A stretch of DNA of 63,877 nucleotides, filler included, from Octopus bimaculoides (GCF_001194135.2; 7 parts of 7 records of this genome joined end to end with filler, not necessarily neighbours in it), one strand, 5' to 3'; positions 1-12,050 are shown, numbered from the whole stretch's first letter. The notes: generated by a model from the sequence alone, not told the origin. Numbers and translations: made by a program.

Positions 1-7
1 ATATATG

Positions 8-44
<37 letters not shown>

Positions 45-45
45 G

Positions 46-82
<37 letters not shown>

Positions 83-312
83 GTATATATATGTATGTAT
101 ATATATCTAGCTATCTATCTATGTATCTGTCTGTCTATCCATCTATCTCTCTCTCTATATATATATATATGTGCGTGTGTATGTATATATATAGTATATA
201 TATATGTATATGTATATAGATAGATGGAAGTACATATGTATGTGTGTATGTGTGCGTATATACATATACACTGACACACACACACACACACACAAACATA
301 TACATATATGGT

Positions 313-352
<40 letters not shown>

Positions 353-960
353 CGAGTGCGTGTGCGTTCGTGTGTTCAATTCTTTTAATGTAACAATTTC
401 TCTTGCACATTCTCGTGCAATGTTGCTGATATAATCCTTGGATCCTTGAGAAGTTGGTTCTTTTGTTCTGGAATAGTCTCTGAGGAATGGTAAACCTGTG
501 CGTATCTGTGTGGGCTTGCGTGCATATGTTTCTTTGTGCGTAGAGTCGTACGAGAGTAACGAAGTGTATTTACGTGTATAGAAAGTGTAGAGATAAATTT
601 CCAGTTGTGTTTGTTCTTGTGTGTGTGAGTGTGTGTGTGTGTGCACTAGAGTCTTTCAGTGTGTGTGTGTGCATGTGCGTGTGTTTGTCCGTTTGTGTCC
701 GTGCGTGTGTACGTGTGTGCGTATGCTAGATATTTTCTTTGTAAGTGCGGGTGTGTATTAGAGGCTTTCTCTGTGTGTGTCTGTGTGCGTGTGTACGTGT
801 GTGCATGTTTGTGTATGCTACACATTTTTTATATATATGTGTATGTGTGTGTATGTTAGATTTTTTCTATGTATCTGCGTGTGTATGTGTGCATATATGT
901 GTGTTTTTTGTGTGTAGAGAAGGAGAGAGAAAGAGTGACATGTAAAGTGAAGGATGTATG
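1..960. repeat. Compound TA/TATG/CA/TG microsatellite field
   Basis: Directly visible dinucleotide and tetranucleotide runs with short unique interruptions; they generate the spurious YI/CV/HT ORFs. Confidence 0.95.
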
Positions 961-980
961 TGTGTGTATATGTTTTTATG

Positions 981-1178
981 TCTGTGTTCGTCACCCCAAC
1001 ATCGCTTGACAACCGATGCTGGTGTGTTTACGTCCCCGTAACCTAGCGGTTCGGCAAAAGAGACCGATAGAATAAGTACTAGGCTTACAAAGAATAAGTC
1101 CTGGGGGTCGATTTGCTCGACTAAAAGGCGGTGCTCCAGCATGGCCGCAGTCAAATGACGAAACAAGTAAAAGAGTAT
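981..1178 (+). mobile_element. SINE family B, 3' domain
   Basis: catcgcttgacaaccgatgctggtgtgtttacgtccccgtaac...ggcggtgctccagcatggccgcagtc recurs at about 17.8, 29.5, 32.1, 38.5 and 42.4 kb. Confidence 0.9.
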
Positions 1179-1293
1179 ACTCATGTATGTATGTATGTAT
1201 GCATGTTTGTTTGTATTAATGGATGTATACATGTATGTATATATGCATATATGTATATGTGTATGCATGTATCTATGTATACGTGTATTTGTT

Positions 1294-1410
1294 AACTTTG
1301 CCTTTTATTCATTCGGGGGTCGATGAAATGAGTACCAGTTAAACGCTGGGGGTCAATTTGATCGACTCACTCCCTCCCCCGATATTTTGGCCTTGTACTA
1401 AAATTTGATG
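1294..1410 (+). mobile_element. SINE family C, 3' fragment
   Basis: ggggtcgatgaaatgagtaccagtt...ggggtcaatttgatcgac matches the copies at 9.8, 13.7, 22.0, 33.8, 43.7 and 54.7 kb. Confidence 0.75.
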
Positions 1411-2036
1411 CCAGTTTATGCATCACCATTTATGTTACACGTCGAAGATACATATCTTGTGACGTGAACGAACGCTTAGTTGTGGCACCAACAGAGCCAA
1501 CGGTCAGCCATTCACAAGCGAACAGCGTATCGCCCTATGGCGTGGCATTCACAAAACCCACTTCAACTTTGGAGACGATTCGGTCATCTCTTTCCGTAAT
1601 CTTTTCTATATGTTCATGTGTGTATGCTTCTAGTCTGTATCTGTGTAAGATGCGTGTGTGTGTGTGCGTGTGTGTGTGTGTGTGTGCGTGCGTGTGTGCG
1701 TGTGCATCCATCCATACATACATACACACACACATATATATATGCACATACATGTGTGTGTGTGTGTATGTATGTATATATATAATGCATATCTGAGTAG
1801 GATGTGCGCAGATCTCATATATATTTTATATATATATATATATGTGTGTGTGTGTATGTGTGTGTGTCTGTGTGTGTATGTATGAGTAGATATATTCGTT
1901 TGTGCGTGTGTGTTTATATATAGATAGATAGGTAGAGAGATAGACAGATGGATGGTTAAATAGATAGAGAGGGAGAGATAATTAGAGAGATAGGGGGAGA
2001 GAGAAATAAATAGATAGATAGATAGATATATAGATG

Positions 2037-2067
<31 letters not shown>

Positions 2068-2199
2068 CTATATTGACAAACAATGTTAAGAACAAAATGA
2101 AGGAGGCGACTGAACGAAATAGCGAAATAATGAAAGAAAGAAATACATGATGTTTTGTGTAAGACAACAATAGATTTTTCATATAATGAAGAAGTTTGA

Positions 2200-2480
2200 A
2201 TAAGATGCTATGGCGCTAAATGTACCGTTATTTCACAAGACGAGCGATACGTTTAAAAGCGCCCTATCACTATCTGATCTGACTCGCTAGTTATTGGCGA
2301 CACGACTTCCGGCTGGTACTCTCTGTATATTTTAAGCGCTTCAATCTCTCTCTAAGATCTCCGTTTTGTCTCTAAACAGACGACACTTCACGAATAACGT
2401 TTACACGCACTCTTTTTACAACCGTCCGTACATTCGCCATTTTGTATTGCCGTTCGCTTTTGTCTTGTAGATACTTGATT
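2200..2480. promoter_or_regulatory. CpG-rich unique island with promoter-like motifs
   Basis: ATTGG (CCAAT box, reverse) at 2293, ACTTCCGG (ETS) at 2305-2312, CGCCATTTT (YY1, reverse) at 2435-2443. Motif presence only; no transcription evidence. Confidence 0.3.
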
Positions 2481-3141
2481 TGCTTGTCTTCTAGCGAATG
2501 CGTATGTGTGTGTGTGCACGTACTTGTTCGTGTGTGTGAGTTTTTACGAGTGTGTGTTTGAATTTCTGTTTGTTTATATGTGTGCGCGCGTACGTTTGAG
2601 TTTAAGAACGTGTGTGCTTGTATTTGGCAGTAAATGTATTTCTGTGTATGTGGCGCCTTGTGTGTCTTTGTGCGTGTGTATGTGCTCTTGTGTGTCCGTA
2701 TGTGCTCTTGTGTGTATGTGCTCTTGTGCGTGTGTATGTGCTCTTGAAGTGTATATAACTGTATATATCTATTTGTTTGTGTGTCTGTGTGTGTTTATGT
2801 CCTAGAATTTGTGTGTGCACGCGCGCGTGGGTGTTTGTGTCTATATGCGTTTGAGAACGTTCCTGTGTGTTGTGTGCCTGTTTTTGTGCTTCTATTTGAC
2901 TATGGCTGTGACGCATTTTGCATATGTTTTTTCTGTGTGTATATATGTGTATGTGTATGTGCGAATTCAGTGTGCATATTGCCTTTTAATTTAGCTGTCT
3001 ATGTCTATGCGTGGTGTATTGTGCAATTGTGTTTTCGAGACTATGGATTCGAGCGCGTGTGCTTCCGAACGTACGTAACTGCGTGTACGCGCTAAGTCCA
3101 TATATTTGTGTGTGTGTATTTGAATATGTACGTATATGTCT

Positions 3142-3474
3142 GTGGCGGCGCAATGGCCCAGTGGTTAGGGCAGCGGACTCGCGGTCATAGGATCGCGGTT
3201 TCGATTCCCCAGCAGGGGATGGTGGCGAACCCTGCTTTACTCTTTCACCACAACTTTCTCTCACTCTTTCTTCCTGTTTCTGTTGTGCCTGGAATTCAAA
3301 GGGGTCAGCCTTGTCACACTGTGTGTCACGCTGAATATCCCCGAGAACTACGTTAAGGGTACACATGTCTGTGGAGTGCTCAGCCACTTGCACGTTAATT
3401 TCACGAGCAGGCTGTTCCGTTGATCGGATCAACTGGAACCCTCGACGTCGTAAGCGACGGAGTGCCAACGCACA
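3142..3474 (+). mobile_element. tRNA-derived SINE family A with internal deletion
   Basis: Pol III A box (tggcccagtggttagg) and B box (ggtttcgattcc). 9-bp TSD tatatgtct at 3133-3141 and 3475-3483. Lacks about 55-60 bp present in the 21.4-21.8 kb copy. Confidence 0.92.
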
Positions 3475-4825
3475 TATATGTCTAAGTGTGCGTATGTGTG
3501 CTCCAATGAGCTAAGTATAAGCTGTAAATTTTTATATATACATAAGGGTGGAAGACCCCAGGATCAATAGCGTATATCCAACACAAGATTTAAAATATGT
3601 GTGTGTGTACTCAATTCATTCTCGAATCAATAAATATATAGTTTTAAGTCTCTAAAATGTCTAAAAAGTAAGGTAAATTCACTACTTACCACACAACTAT
3701 CCCTGCGTTTGTGTGTGGTGGGTGACACTTACACAGGCAAAATATATTTGTTATGCGAGGAGTTAACAAAATCGTAATATACATACATAGATACATACAT
3801 ATGTTTATATAAATATTGTGTATATATGTGTGCGTGTGTCTATGAATATACACACATACATTTATATATGTAAGTATATAAGTATATATATAGATATCTA
3901 TTATATATATATATATATATNNNNNNNNNNNNNNNNNNNNNNNNNNNNNNNNNNNNNNNNNNNNNNNNNNNNNNNNNNNNNNNNNNNNNNNNNNNNNNNN
4001 NNNNNNNNNNNNNNNNNNNNNNNNNNNNNNNNNNNNNNNNNNNNNNNNNNNNNNNNNNNNNNNNNNNNNNNNNNNNNNNNNNNNNNNNNNNNNNNNNNNN
4101 NNNNNNNNNNNNNNNNNNNNNNNNNNNNNNNNNNNNNNNNNNNNNNNNNNNNNNNNNNNNNNNNNNNNNNNNNNNNNNNNNNNNNNNNNNNNNNNNNNNN
4201 NNNNNNNNNNNNNNNNNNNNNNNNNNNNNNNNNNNNNNNNNNNNNNNNNNNNNNNNNNNNNNNNNNNNNNNNNNNNNNNNNNNNNNNNNNNNNNNNNNNN
4301 NNNNNNNNNNNNNNNNNNNNNNNNNNNNNNNNNNNNNNNNNNNNNNNNNNNNNNNNNNNNNNNNNNNNNNNNNNNNNNNNNNNNNNNNNNNNNNNNNNNN
4401 NNNNNNNNNNNNNNNNNNNNNNNNNNNNNNNNNNNNNNNNNNNNNNNNNNNNNNNNNNNNNNNNNNNNNNNNNNNNNNNNNNNNNNNNNNNNNNNNNNNN
4501 NNNNNNNNNNNNNNNNNNNNNNNNNNNNNNNNNNNNNNNNNNNNNNNNNNNNNNNNNNNNNNNNNNNNNNNNNNNNNNNNNNNNNNNNNNNNNNNNNNNN
4601 NNNNNNNNNNNNNNNNNNNNNNNNNNNNNNNNNNNNNNNNNNNNNNNNNNNNNNNNNNNNNNNNNNNNNNNNNNNNNNNNNNNNNNNNNNNNNNNNNNNN
4701 NNNNNNNNNNNNNNNNNNNNNNNNNNNNNNNNNNNNNNNNNNNNNNNNNNNNNNNNNNNNNNNNNNNNNNNNNNNNNNNNNNNNNNNNNNNNNNNNNNNN
4801 NNNNNNNNNNNNNNNNNNNNNNNNN

Positions 4826-5148
4826 CGGTTGTCAAGCGATGGTCGGCGTGGGAGGGGGGTGACAAACAGACACACGTACACACATTAATATATATATTTT
4901 AATGTATATATTTTAATATATATATTTTAATGTATATATTTTAATGTATATATTTTAATATATATATTTTAATATATATATACGACGGGTTTCTTCCAGT
5001 TTCCGTCTACCAAATCCACTCACAAAGTTTTAGTTGGACCGAGTCTATAGTAGAAGGCACTCGGCCAAGGTGCCACGCAGTGGGACTGAACCCGGAACCA
5101 TGTGGTTGGGAAGCAGGTTTCTCATCACACAGCCACGCATGCGCCTAT
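4826..5148 (-). mobile_element. SINE family B (tRNA-like head, core, internal minisatellite)
   Basis: Reverse complement reads gcgtggctgtgtgatgagaaacctgcttcccaaccacatggttccgggttcagtccc. An AT minisatellite (ttttaatatatata units) at about 4892-4981 lies inside the element. Confidence 0.9.
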
Positions 5149-5510
5149 AGTAACGTAATATTAAAAGTACAATTATTTATGTCCGTTATAACTGCATTTT
5201 CTAAAAAAACAAAAGAAAAGAAAGAACTTCCGGAATGCACCTTGTATATCTGTTTGTCCAGTGAAAAGGCTGTCGAACTGTCCATGCGCTCACACGCACG
5301 GAGACATGCGCAAACGTACACAAATGCGTAAGCACACACGCACGTATTAAGAGAGAGAGGTGGAGGGGAGGAGGCGGGAAGAGAGAGGAGAGACAGAGTG
5401 AGAGGTTTAGTAGAGAGAGGCAATTATATAGCCAAACTGATAAATACACAGACAGACAGTGTCTGAGTACATCAACGGTGTTATTAAACTCGATGCAAAT
5501 CTCTTCAGTG

Positions 5511-5603
5511 AAAATGGCGGATGCTTTTTCAAGAATCCACTTCCGGTTATAAGACCTTCAATGGCGTCTAGAATATTCTCGATTGTGAACTTTAACAGTG
5601 AGT
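5511..5603 (+). promoter_or_regulatory. Possible promoter/first exon (YY1 and ETS motifs, GT donor)
   Basis: AAAATGGCGG 5511-5520, CACTTCCGG 5538-5546, ATG at 5561 (MASRIFSIVNFN), donor AACA|GTGAGT at 5598. A decayed mariner HTH on the minus strand is an alternative reading. Confidence 0.2.
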
Positions 5604-6689
5604 AGGGTGCGACGTGCCTCTTCCTTTTTACACAACCACGAGGTATTATGCAAGCGTGTGAGTGTGTGCATGTTGTATATGAATATACATATATATATAT
5701 ACTATATATACTATATATATACTATATATATATATATACTTGTAAANNNNNNNNNNNNNNNNNNNNNNNNNNNNNNNNNNNNNNNNNNNNNNNNNNNNNN
5801 NNNNNNNNNNNNNNNNNNNNNNNNNNNNNNNNNNNNNNNNNNNNNNNNNNNNNNNNNNNNNNNNNNNNNNNNNNNNNNNNNNNNNNNNNNNNNNNNNNNN
5901 NNNNNNNNNNNNNNNNNNNNNNNNNNNNNNNNNNNNNNNNNNNNNNNNNNNNNNNNNNNNNNNNNNNNNNNNNNNNNNNNNNNNNNNNNNNNNNNNNNNN
6001 NNNNNNNNNNNNNNNNNNNNNNNNNNNNNNNNNNNNNNNNNNNNNNNNNNNNNNNNNNNNNNNNNNNNNNNNNNNNNNNNNNNNNNNNNNNNNNNNNNNN
6101 NNNNNNNNNNNNNNNNNNNNNNNNNNNNNNNNNNNNNNNNNNNNNNNNNNNNNNNNNNNNNNNNNNNNNNNNNNNNNNNNNNNNNNNNNNNNNNNNNNNN
6201 NNNNNNNNNNNNNNNNNNNNNNNNNNNNNNNNNNNNNNNNNNNNNNNNNNNNNNNNNNNNNNNNNNNNNNNNNNNNNNNNNNNNNNNNNNNNNNNNNNNN
6301 NNNNNNNNNNNNNNNNNNNNNNNNNNNNNNNNNNNNNNNNNNNNNNNNNNNNNNNNNNNNNNNNNNNNNNNNNNNNNNNNNNNNNNNNNGTGGTGGTGGT
6401 GGTGGTGGCGTATATATATTTGTGTGTGTCTGTTTGTGTGCGCGTGCATGTAGTTATCAGTGCATGCATATACTTATATATGTGTCTTTATATATTTCAT
6501 ATATCTATGTTAAGACTGTAGTGCAACTGTGGCGGTCGTGGGGCGGGGGGGGGCAGTGGTGGTGTTAAATGTAGCTATATCTCCCCATGGCCCGTCCCAT
6601 TTGCATGACTGCACATGCGCACACAGCGTGGGATGCTCCTCAATTCTTTCACACTAGACACCAGAGCGATTTTGATGTTAGGTCCAGGG

Positions 6690-6900
6690 TGGTGAAGGTG
6701 TGTGGCCTAGTGGCCTAGCATGTTACACGTACGATCTCAGCATCGCCGTTTTAAAGGGTGGAATCTTGTGTTCTTGAGCAAGGCACTTCGCCTCACGTTA
6801 TTCTGCGATCACCTCGACACCTGGGTGCACCTGTTCAAACAATGTCGATTTGATGGACAAAGTGAGTTAATGTACAGTACATACAGTTAATCACTCTCAG
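6690..6900 (+). mobile_element. Decayed tRNA-headed SINE (family D)
   Basis: Head gaaggtgtgtggcctagtgg followed by ttgtgttcttgagcaaggcactt; the same motifs occur in the 9.4-9.7 kb element. Confidence 0.7.
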
Positions 6901-7025
6901 CAAATAAGCTTTGGTTGAGCCCGGGCTATATTAGAAAGCACTTGCCTATGGTGACGCCAGCTGAGACCGTACCCGGAACCATGTGGTTGGAAAACAAGCT
7001 TCATACCACACACCCACGCCTACGT
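6900..7025 (-). mobile_element. SINE family B, 5' fragment
   Basis: cccggaaccatgtggttggaaaacaagcttcataccacacacccacgcc. Confidence 0.85.
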
Positions 7026-7242
7026 CTATGTGTATACATACACGCACACACACACATACATAATACAATATAGATACATACATACATATATGAATGTAAT
7101 TATATATATAATCTTCACTCTTAGTGGTTTCAGTCGACGGATTTCGTCCAAGCTGGAGCAGTGCCACATAGAAATTAAAATAGGGAGCGCTTCACGGGTT
7201 CGCGTGTGATTCTACCCGAATGTATGTTTGTGGGCGTGCATG

Positions 7243-7285
<43 letters not shown>

Positions 7286-7329
7286 NNNNNNNNNNNNNNN
7301 NNNNNNNNNNNNNNNNNNNNNNNNNNNNN

Positions 7330-7341
7330 TTAATTAATTAA
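7330..7341. other. Assembly spacer TTAATTAATTAA between N runs (also at 12860, 24393, 54159, 60728, 62524)
   Basis: Identical 12-mer flanked by about 50 N on either side in six places; an artificial contig linker. Confidence 0.95.
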
Positions 7342-7388
7342 NNNNNNNNNNNNNNNNNNNNNNNNNNNNNNNNNNNNNNNNNNNNCAC

Positions 7389-7433
<45 letters not shown>

Positions 7434-7816
7434 GAGAGAGATAGATAGATAGATACACACATATATATGTACACACACACATATATATATATATGTATGT
7501 ATGTATGTATGCATGTAATTGTATATATATTCATGTATATAAAAACGTGTGTACATTAATATGTACGTGCTTGTAGATATACAAATATGTGTGTGTGTGT
7601 GTGTAGCCATATATATGGTATGTATGTATGTATGTATGTATGTATGTATACGCACGCACCCGTCAACACACATATACGAACGCCTACCGCAAACGGGAAA
7701 GTACGCGGGCACTGCTGCACACGCAACGCACTCTCACATTCACACACATCCACACACATGCACACGGGTAACCGAACACACACACACATATATGCAGTAG
7801 TCACCCAGCTCTCTCT

Positions 7817-7849
<33 letters not shown>

Positions 7850-8721
7850 TGCAGACACTCCTNNNNNNNNNNNNNNNNNNNNNNNNNNNNNNNNNNNNNN
7901 NNNNNNNNNNNNNNNNNNNNNNNNNNNNNNNNNNNNNNNNNNNNNNNNNNNNNNNNNNNNNNNNNNNNNNNNNNNNNNNNNNNNNNNNNNNNNNNNNNNN
8001 NNNNNNNNNNNNNNNNNNNNNNNNNNNNNNNNNNNNNNNNNNNNNNNNNNNNNNNNNNNNNNNNNNNNNNNNNNNNNNNNNNNNNNNNNNNNNNNNNNNN
8101 NNNNNNNNNNNNNNNNNNNNNNNNNNNNNNNNNNNNNNNNNNNNNNNNNNNNNNNNNNNNNNNNNNNNNNNNNNNNNNNNNNNNNNNNNNNNNNNNNNNN
8201 NNNNNNNNNNNNNNNNNNNNNNNNNNNNNNNNNNNNNNNNNNNNNNNNNNNNNNNNNNNNNNNNNNNNNNNNNNNNNNNNNNNNNNNNNNNNNNNNNNNN
8301 NNNNNNNNNNNNNNNNNNNNNNNNNNNNNNNNNNNNNNNNNNNNNNNNNNNNNNNNNNNNNNNNNNNNNNNNNNNNNNNNNNNNNNNNNNNNNNNNNNNN
8401 NNNNNNNNNNNNNNNNNNNNNNNNNNNNNNNNNNNNNNNNNNNNNNNNNNNNNNNNNNNNNNNNNNNNNNNNNNNNNNNNNNNNNNNNNNNNNNNNNNNN
8501 NNNNNNNNNNNNNNNNNNNNNNNNNNNNNNNNNNNNNNNNNNNNNNNNNNNNNNNNNNNNNNNNNNNNNNNNNNNNNNNNNNNNNNNNNNNNNNNNNNNN
8601 NNNNNNNNNNNNNNNNNNNNNNNNNNNNNNNNNNNTATATATATATATCTTTATCTATCGATCTATCTGTTTATCCTTCAATCAATCGATCTTCCTGTCT
8701 ATTTATCAGTCTTTCTATCTA

Positions 8722-8768
<47 letters not shown>

Positions 8769-9037
8769 GTCTATGTATAAATCTGTCTATATATATATAT
8801 AGATATATATATATATATATTGAATATAAATATATACATTATATATATGAAATCAAATATACACACACATTTATATATATCTATATCTATCAGTCTATTT
8901 ATCTATATGTGCGTGTGTATGTGTGTGTGTGTATGTGTGTGTGTACAGACATATGTTAGTGTGTGTTTGTGTATTTGTAAAAACGCTACACCCTGTGTAT
9001 TGCAGTCTACAACAATAGTGTTACGCTTGTATTCGCC

Positions 9038-9186
9038 TCATTTTCGTGTATTTCTCCTCAGCACCCTGACAGGGGAAGAATAGTGGCCATCTATATCCAA
9101 TTCTCCAGAACTAGCGACTGCAGTGGGCAGAGAGGATGACAGAGACTGGAATCTGGGAAATTTGGAACACATCCTTTCATCAGTCA
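9038..9186 (-). CDS. Candidate terminal coding exon, unidentified
   Basis: Unique, relatively GC-rich island with an open frame TDERMCSKFPRFQSLSSSLPTAVASSGELDIDGHYSSPVRVLRRNTRK* (TGA at 9038-9040). The acceptor is weak and no homology is recognised. Confidence 0.2.
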
Positions 9187-9296
9187 CTGATGATGGGTAT
9201 ATATATATATATATATATATACATATATAGTCTACTGTTCCGTAATGATAAGATCAACAGAAAAGTTACTCCATCTGTTAAGAGATAAATATTATT

Positions 9297-9338
<42 letters not shown>

Positions 9339-9354
9339 GCATTCAGTTGGGTAT

Positions 9355-9665
9355 GATGCATTATTTATCCGGTTGATCTGATCAATGGAACAGCCTCCTC
9401 ATAAAATTATTGCGCAACTAGCAAAGCACCCCACAGACACGCATACCCTTAATGGGATACCCTTAGAGGTGATTCAATGTGATACAAGATGTGACAAGGT
9501 TGGCTCTTTCAAATAAAGGTACTGTTTATTTTTGCACCCTGAGTCGATTGTTGCAAAGTGGAATAAAGTGAATTGCTCAAAGACACAACACACCGTCGGG
9601 TATCGAACACACGAGCTTACGATCATAAGTGAATACCCTAACCAATAAGCCACAAGACCTCACAA
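9355..9665 (-). mobile_element. tRNA-headed SINE sharing its 3' end with family A
   Basis: Minus strand head gaggtcttgtggcttattggttagggtattcac...gttcgatacc, then gtgtctttgagcaattcacttt. The 3' part ctgttccattgatcagatcaaccgg resembles the family A tail. Confidence 0.8.
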
Positions 9666-9734
9666 GACCTCACAAGAGATATTTCGTGAATTTGTCACAA
9701 ACATTGTGTAATATACTTTTCTGATCAAGGCTCG

Positions 9735-9922
9735 AAATTTTTAGGGTGGGGGCCATTCGATTAGATCAACACCAGTATGCAACTGGTACTTAATTTATCG
9801 ACCCCGAAAGTATGAAAAGCAGAGTCGACCTCGGCGAAATTTGAACTCAGAACGTAAAGACAGACGAAATGCCGTTAAGTATTTCGCCCGGCGTGCTAAC
9901 ACTTCTGCCAGCTCGCCGCCTT
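9735..9922 (-). mobile_element. SINE family C
   Basis: Minus strand: ggcggcgagctggcagaagtgttagcacgccgggcgaaatacttaacggcatttcgtctgtctttacgttctgagttcaaatt. Confidence 0.9.
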
Positions 9923-10112
9923 ACAAACAGCATATAATATAAAGACAGACATTAGCGTTCCTCAACGTTTTCGCCGCTCCCTTCTTCACTCCAGGTGATG
10001 AACTATTTATCTTTTTTCATCATGTTTACTTCGTTGTGATACACATAAGTACACTAACACTTGCGCAGGAGTGGTTGTGTGGTAAGAAGTTTGCTTTCCA
10101 ACCACGTGGTTC

Positions 10113-10973
10113 TGCCCTAACTCTTCGAAACGCTTAGTTTTAGAATGGTGGCAGCTGATGAAGGAAATGTTCTCTATGTGGCGTGTGTATTTTCTGTACT
10201 CTGTTTATCATTTTGTATATGTTTTGTTTGCAACGTCATGTACCCAGATATGCATCTGTATATACAGGTAGATGTAGGTTTGTATATAAATGTACGTATA
10301 TATGCATATACTCATTTATTATTTGTATTATATANNNNNNNNNNNNNNNNNNNNNNNNNNNNNNNNNNNNNNNNNNNNNNNNNNNNNNNNNNNNNNNNNN
10401 NNNNNNNNNNNNNNNNNNNNNNNNNNNNNNNNNNNNNNNNNNNNNNNNNNNNNNNNNNNNNNNNNNNNNNNNNNNNNNNNNNNNNNNNNNNNNNNNNNNN
10501 NNNNNNNNNNNNNNNNNNNNNNNNNNNNNNNNNNNNNNNNNNNNNNNNNNNNNNNNNNNNNNNNNNNNNNNNNNNNNNNNNNNNNNNNNNNNNNNNNNNN
10601 NNNNNNNNNNNNNNNNNNNNNNNNNNNNNNNNNNNNNNNNNNNNNNNNNNNNNNNNNNNNNNNNNNNNNNNNNNNNNNNNNNNNNNNNNNNNNNNNNNNN
10701 NNNNNNNNNNNNNNNNNNNNNNNNNNNNNNNNNNNNNNNNNNNNNNNNNNNNNNNNNNNNNNNNNATATATATGAGTATATGCATATATATGTACATGTA
10801 TGTACATACCTTCATCTACATGTATATATAGATGCATATCTGGGTACATGACGTTGCAAAAAAACGTGGACAAAATGATAAACAAGGTACAACAAACACA
10901 CAGGCCACATAAAGAACATATCCTTCATCAGCTGCCACCATTATAACACTGGCGTTTCGAAGAGTTAAGGCAG
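10113..10973. repeat. Fold-back element: about 200-bp inverted arms around an N gap
   Basis: 10113-10315 is a diverged reverse complement of 10771-10973 (shared core gcaacgtcatgtacccagatatgcatct; ggtggcagctgatgaagga). Confidence 0.85.
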
Positions 10974-11261
10974 GACGCATCGTTAAAATGGCTCTTCCCA
11001 CGGACACAAATTAAATTCGTTCCGTAGAGGATAGTGGCGGACGGAAAACAAGACAGGAAAACGAAACGGTGAAATAAACACATAAAAAAGGCTGTACAGC
11101 CAGACGTGGAGAAGTGTGTGTATATTGAACGCTGTGAAGCACGAACTGGAAGGACGAAAATGTACGTGCGAGCTTGGGGAGACCAAGAATGAAAAGAATT
11201 AGTAGCTGAACTAAGACGCCTATATAGTTAATTATATTTTTATCTACTACGTTCTCTCTCT

Positions 11262-11956
11262 CTCTGGTTTGTCCAACCATTGTGCTAAATGTTTACGGTT
11301 GTTGTATTGGATACATTTCTCATCATATGCTACAATTTGATTAAAAAATGATTCATTTTCGTGACGAGAAAGTAGCATAATGCAGGCTTCAAACGTTGCT
11401 CTTTCTGATTTTCATTGGGTTCATGTGGAACCCACTTATCCAAATTTTTCACTTTACCAATTGGTAAGTCAATATTGTTTGCTTGCTAACACCAAACAAC
11501 AACGATAATTCACAGGCACTTTGAGATGTATCTGACTCCATGGTGGCTTTCACTCCATCATCATCCACCTTTGTTTCTGGTCGACCGCGTTGCTCATTTG
11601 TGAGATTAAAGTTACCAAAACGAAATTCTGCAAACCAATTTGATATTGTCTGCTGTATAATAACATTAAAATGAAATACTCCAGTAATATTCCGAGCCGT
11701 CTGTTATGCTATATTTCCAAGAAAAAAATCATATTTCAAAACTCTACGAATTCCCGACTTTTCCATCTCTAAACAAAAATAGCAAAAACGATTGATAAAT
11801 ACTTTATAAAGCGCAAAATGAGTTAGACTACAGAAATAGATATGTCAGCTTTCTGGCAAAAAAAAGAAAATTGTCAAAATATAATAATGGCGCAAAATGA
11901 GCAGCTGTCAAAGTTTACCATATACCTTACTACAAATTTCATACTTGACGACCTAA
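11262..11956 (-). mobile_element. Mariner (Mos1/Hsmar1-like) transposon, 3'-truncated, decayed
   Basis: ATG at 11766: MEKSGIRRVLKYDF...WFAEFRFGNFNLTNEQRGRPETKVDDD...KNLDKWVPHE...IVAYDEKCIQYNNRKHLAQWLDK. It carries the WVPHE motif and first catalytic D. A TIR-like ttaggtcgtcaagtatgaaatttg lies near 11956. Confidence 0.9.
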
Positions 11957-11968
11957 CATGTATTTTCT

Positions 11969-12000
11969 TTTATTTGTTTCAGCCATTTGGCTGTCGCGAT

Positions 12001-12050
<50 letters not shown>

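Noticed and set aside
5-945. Many ORFs rich in YI, CV, HT, poly-N/I/D/S/V, or spanning X runs
   Set aside because: They are translations of microsatellites or N gaps throughout the window; no evidence of coding.
3142-3215. tRNA-like sequences with A and B boxes (also at 5.1, 9.6, 17.8, 21.7 and 38.3 kb)
   Set aside because: They are SINE heads continuing into SINE bodies with TSDs; no complete cloverleaf gene is supported.
7330-7341. Regularly recurring TTAATTAATTAA between equal N runs (six sites)
   Set aside because: Identical artificial linker at contig joins; not a biological repeat or CRISPR-like array.
11386-11463. Apparent symmetric 78-nt plus-strand exon with a perfect GTAAGT donor
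   Set aside because: It is the antisense of the mariner transposase region containing WVPHE.
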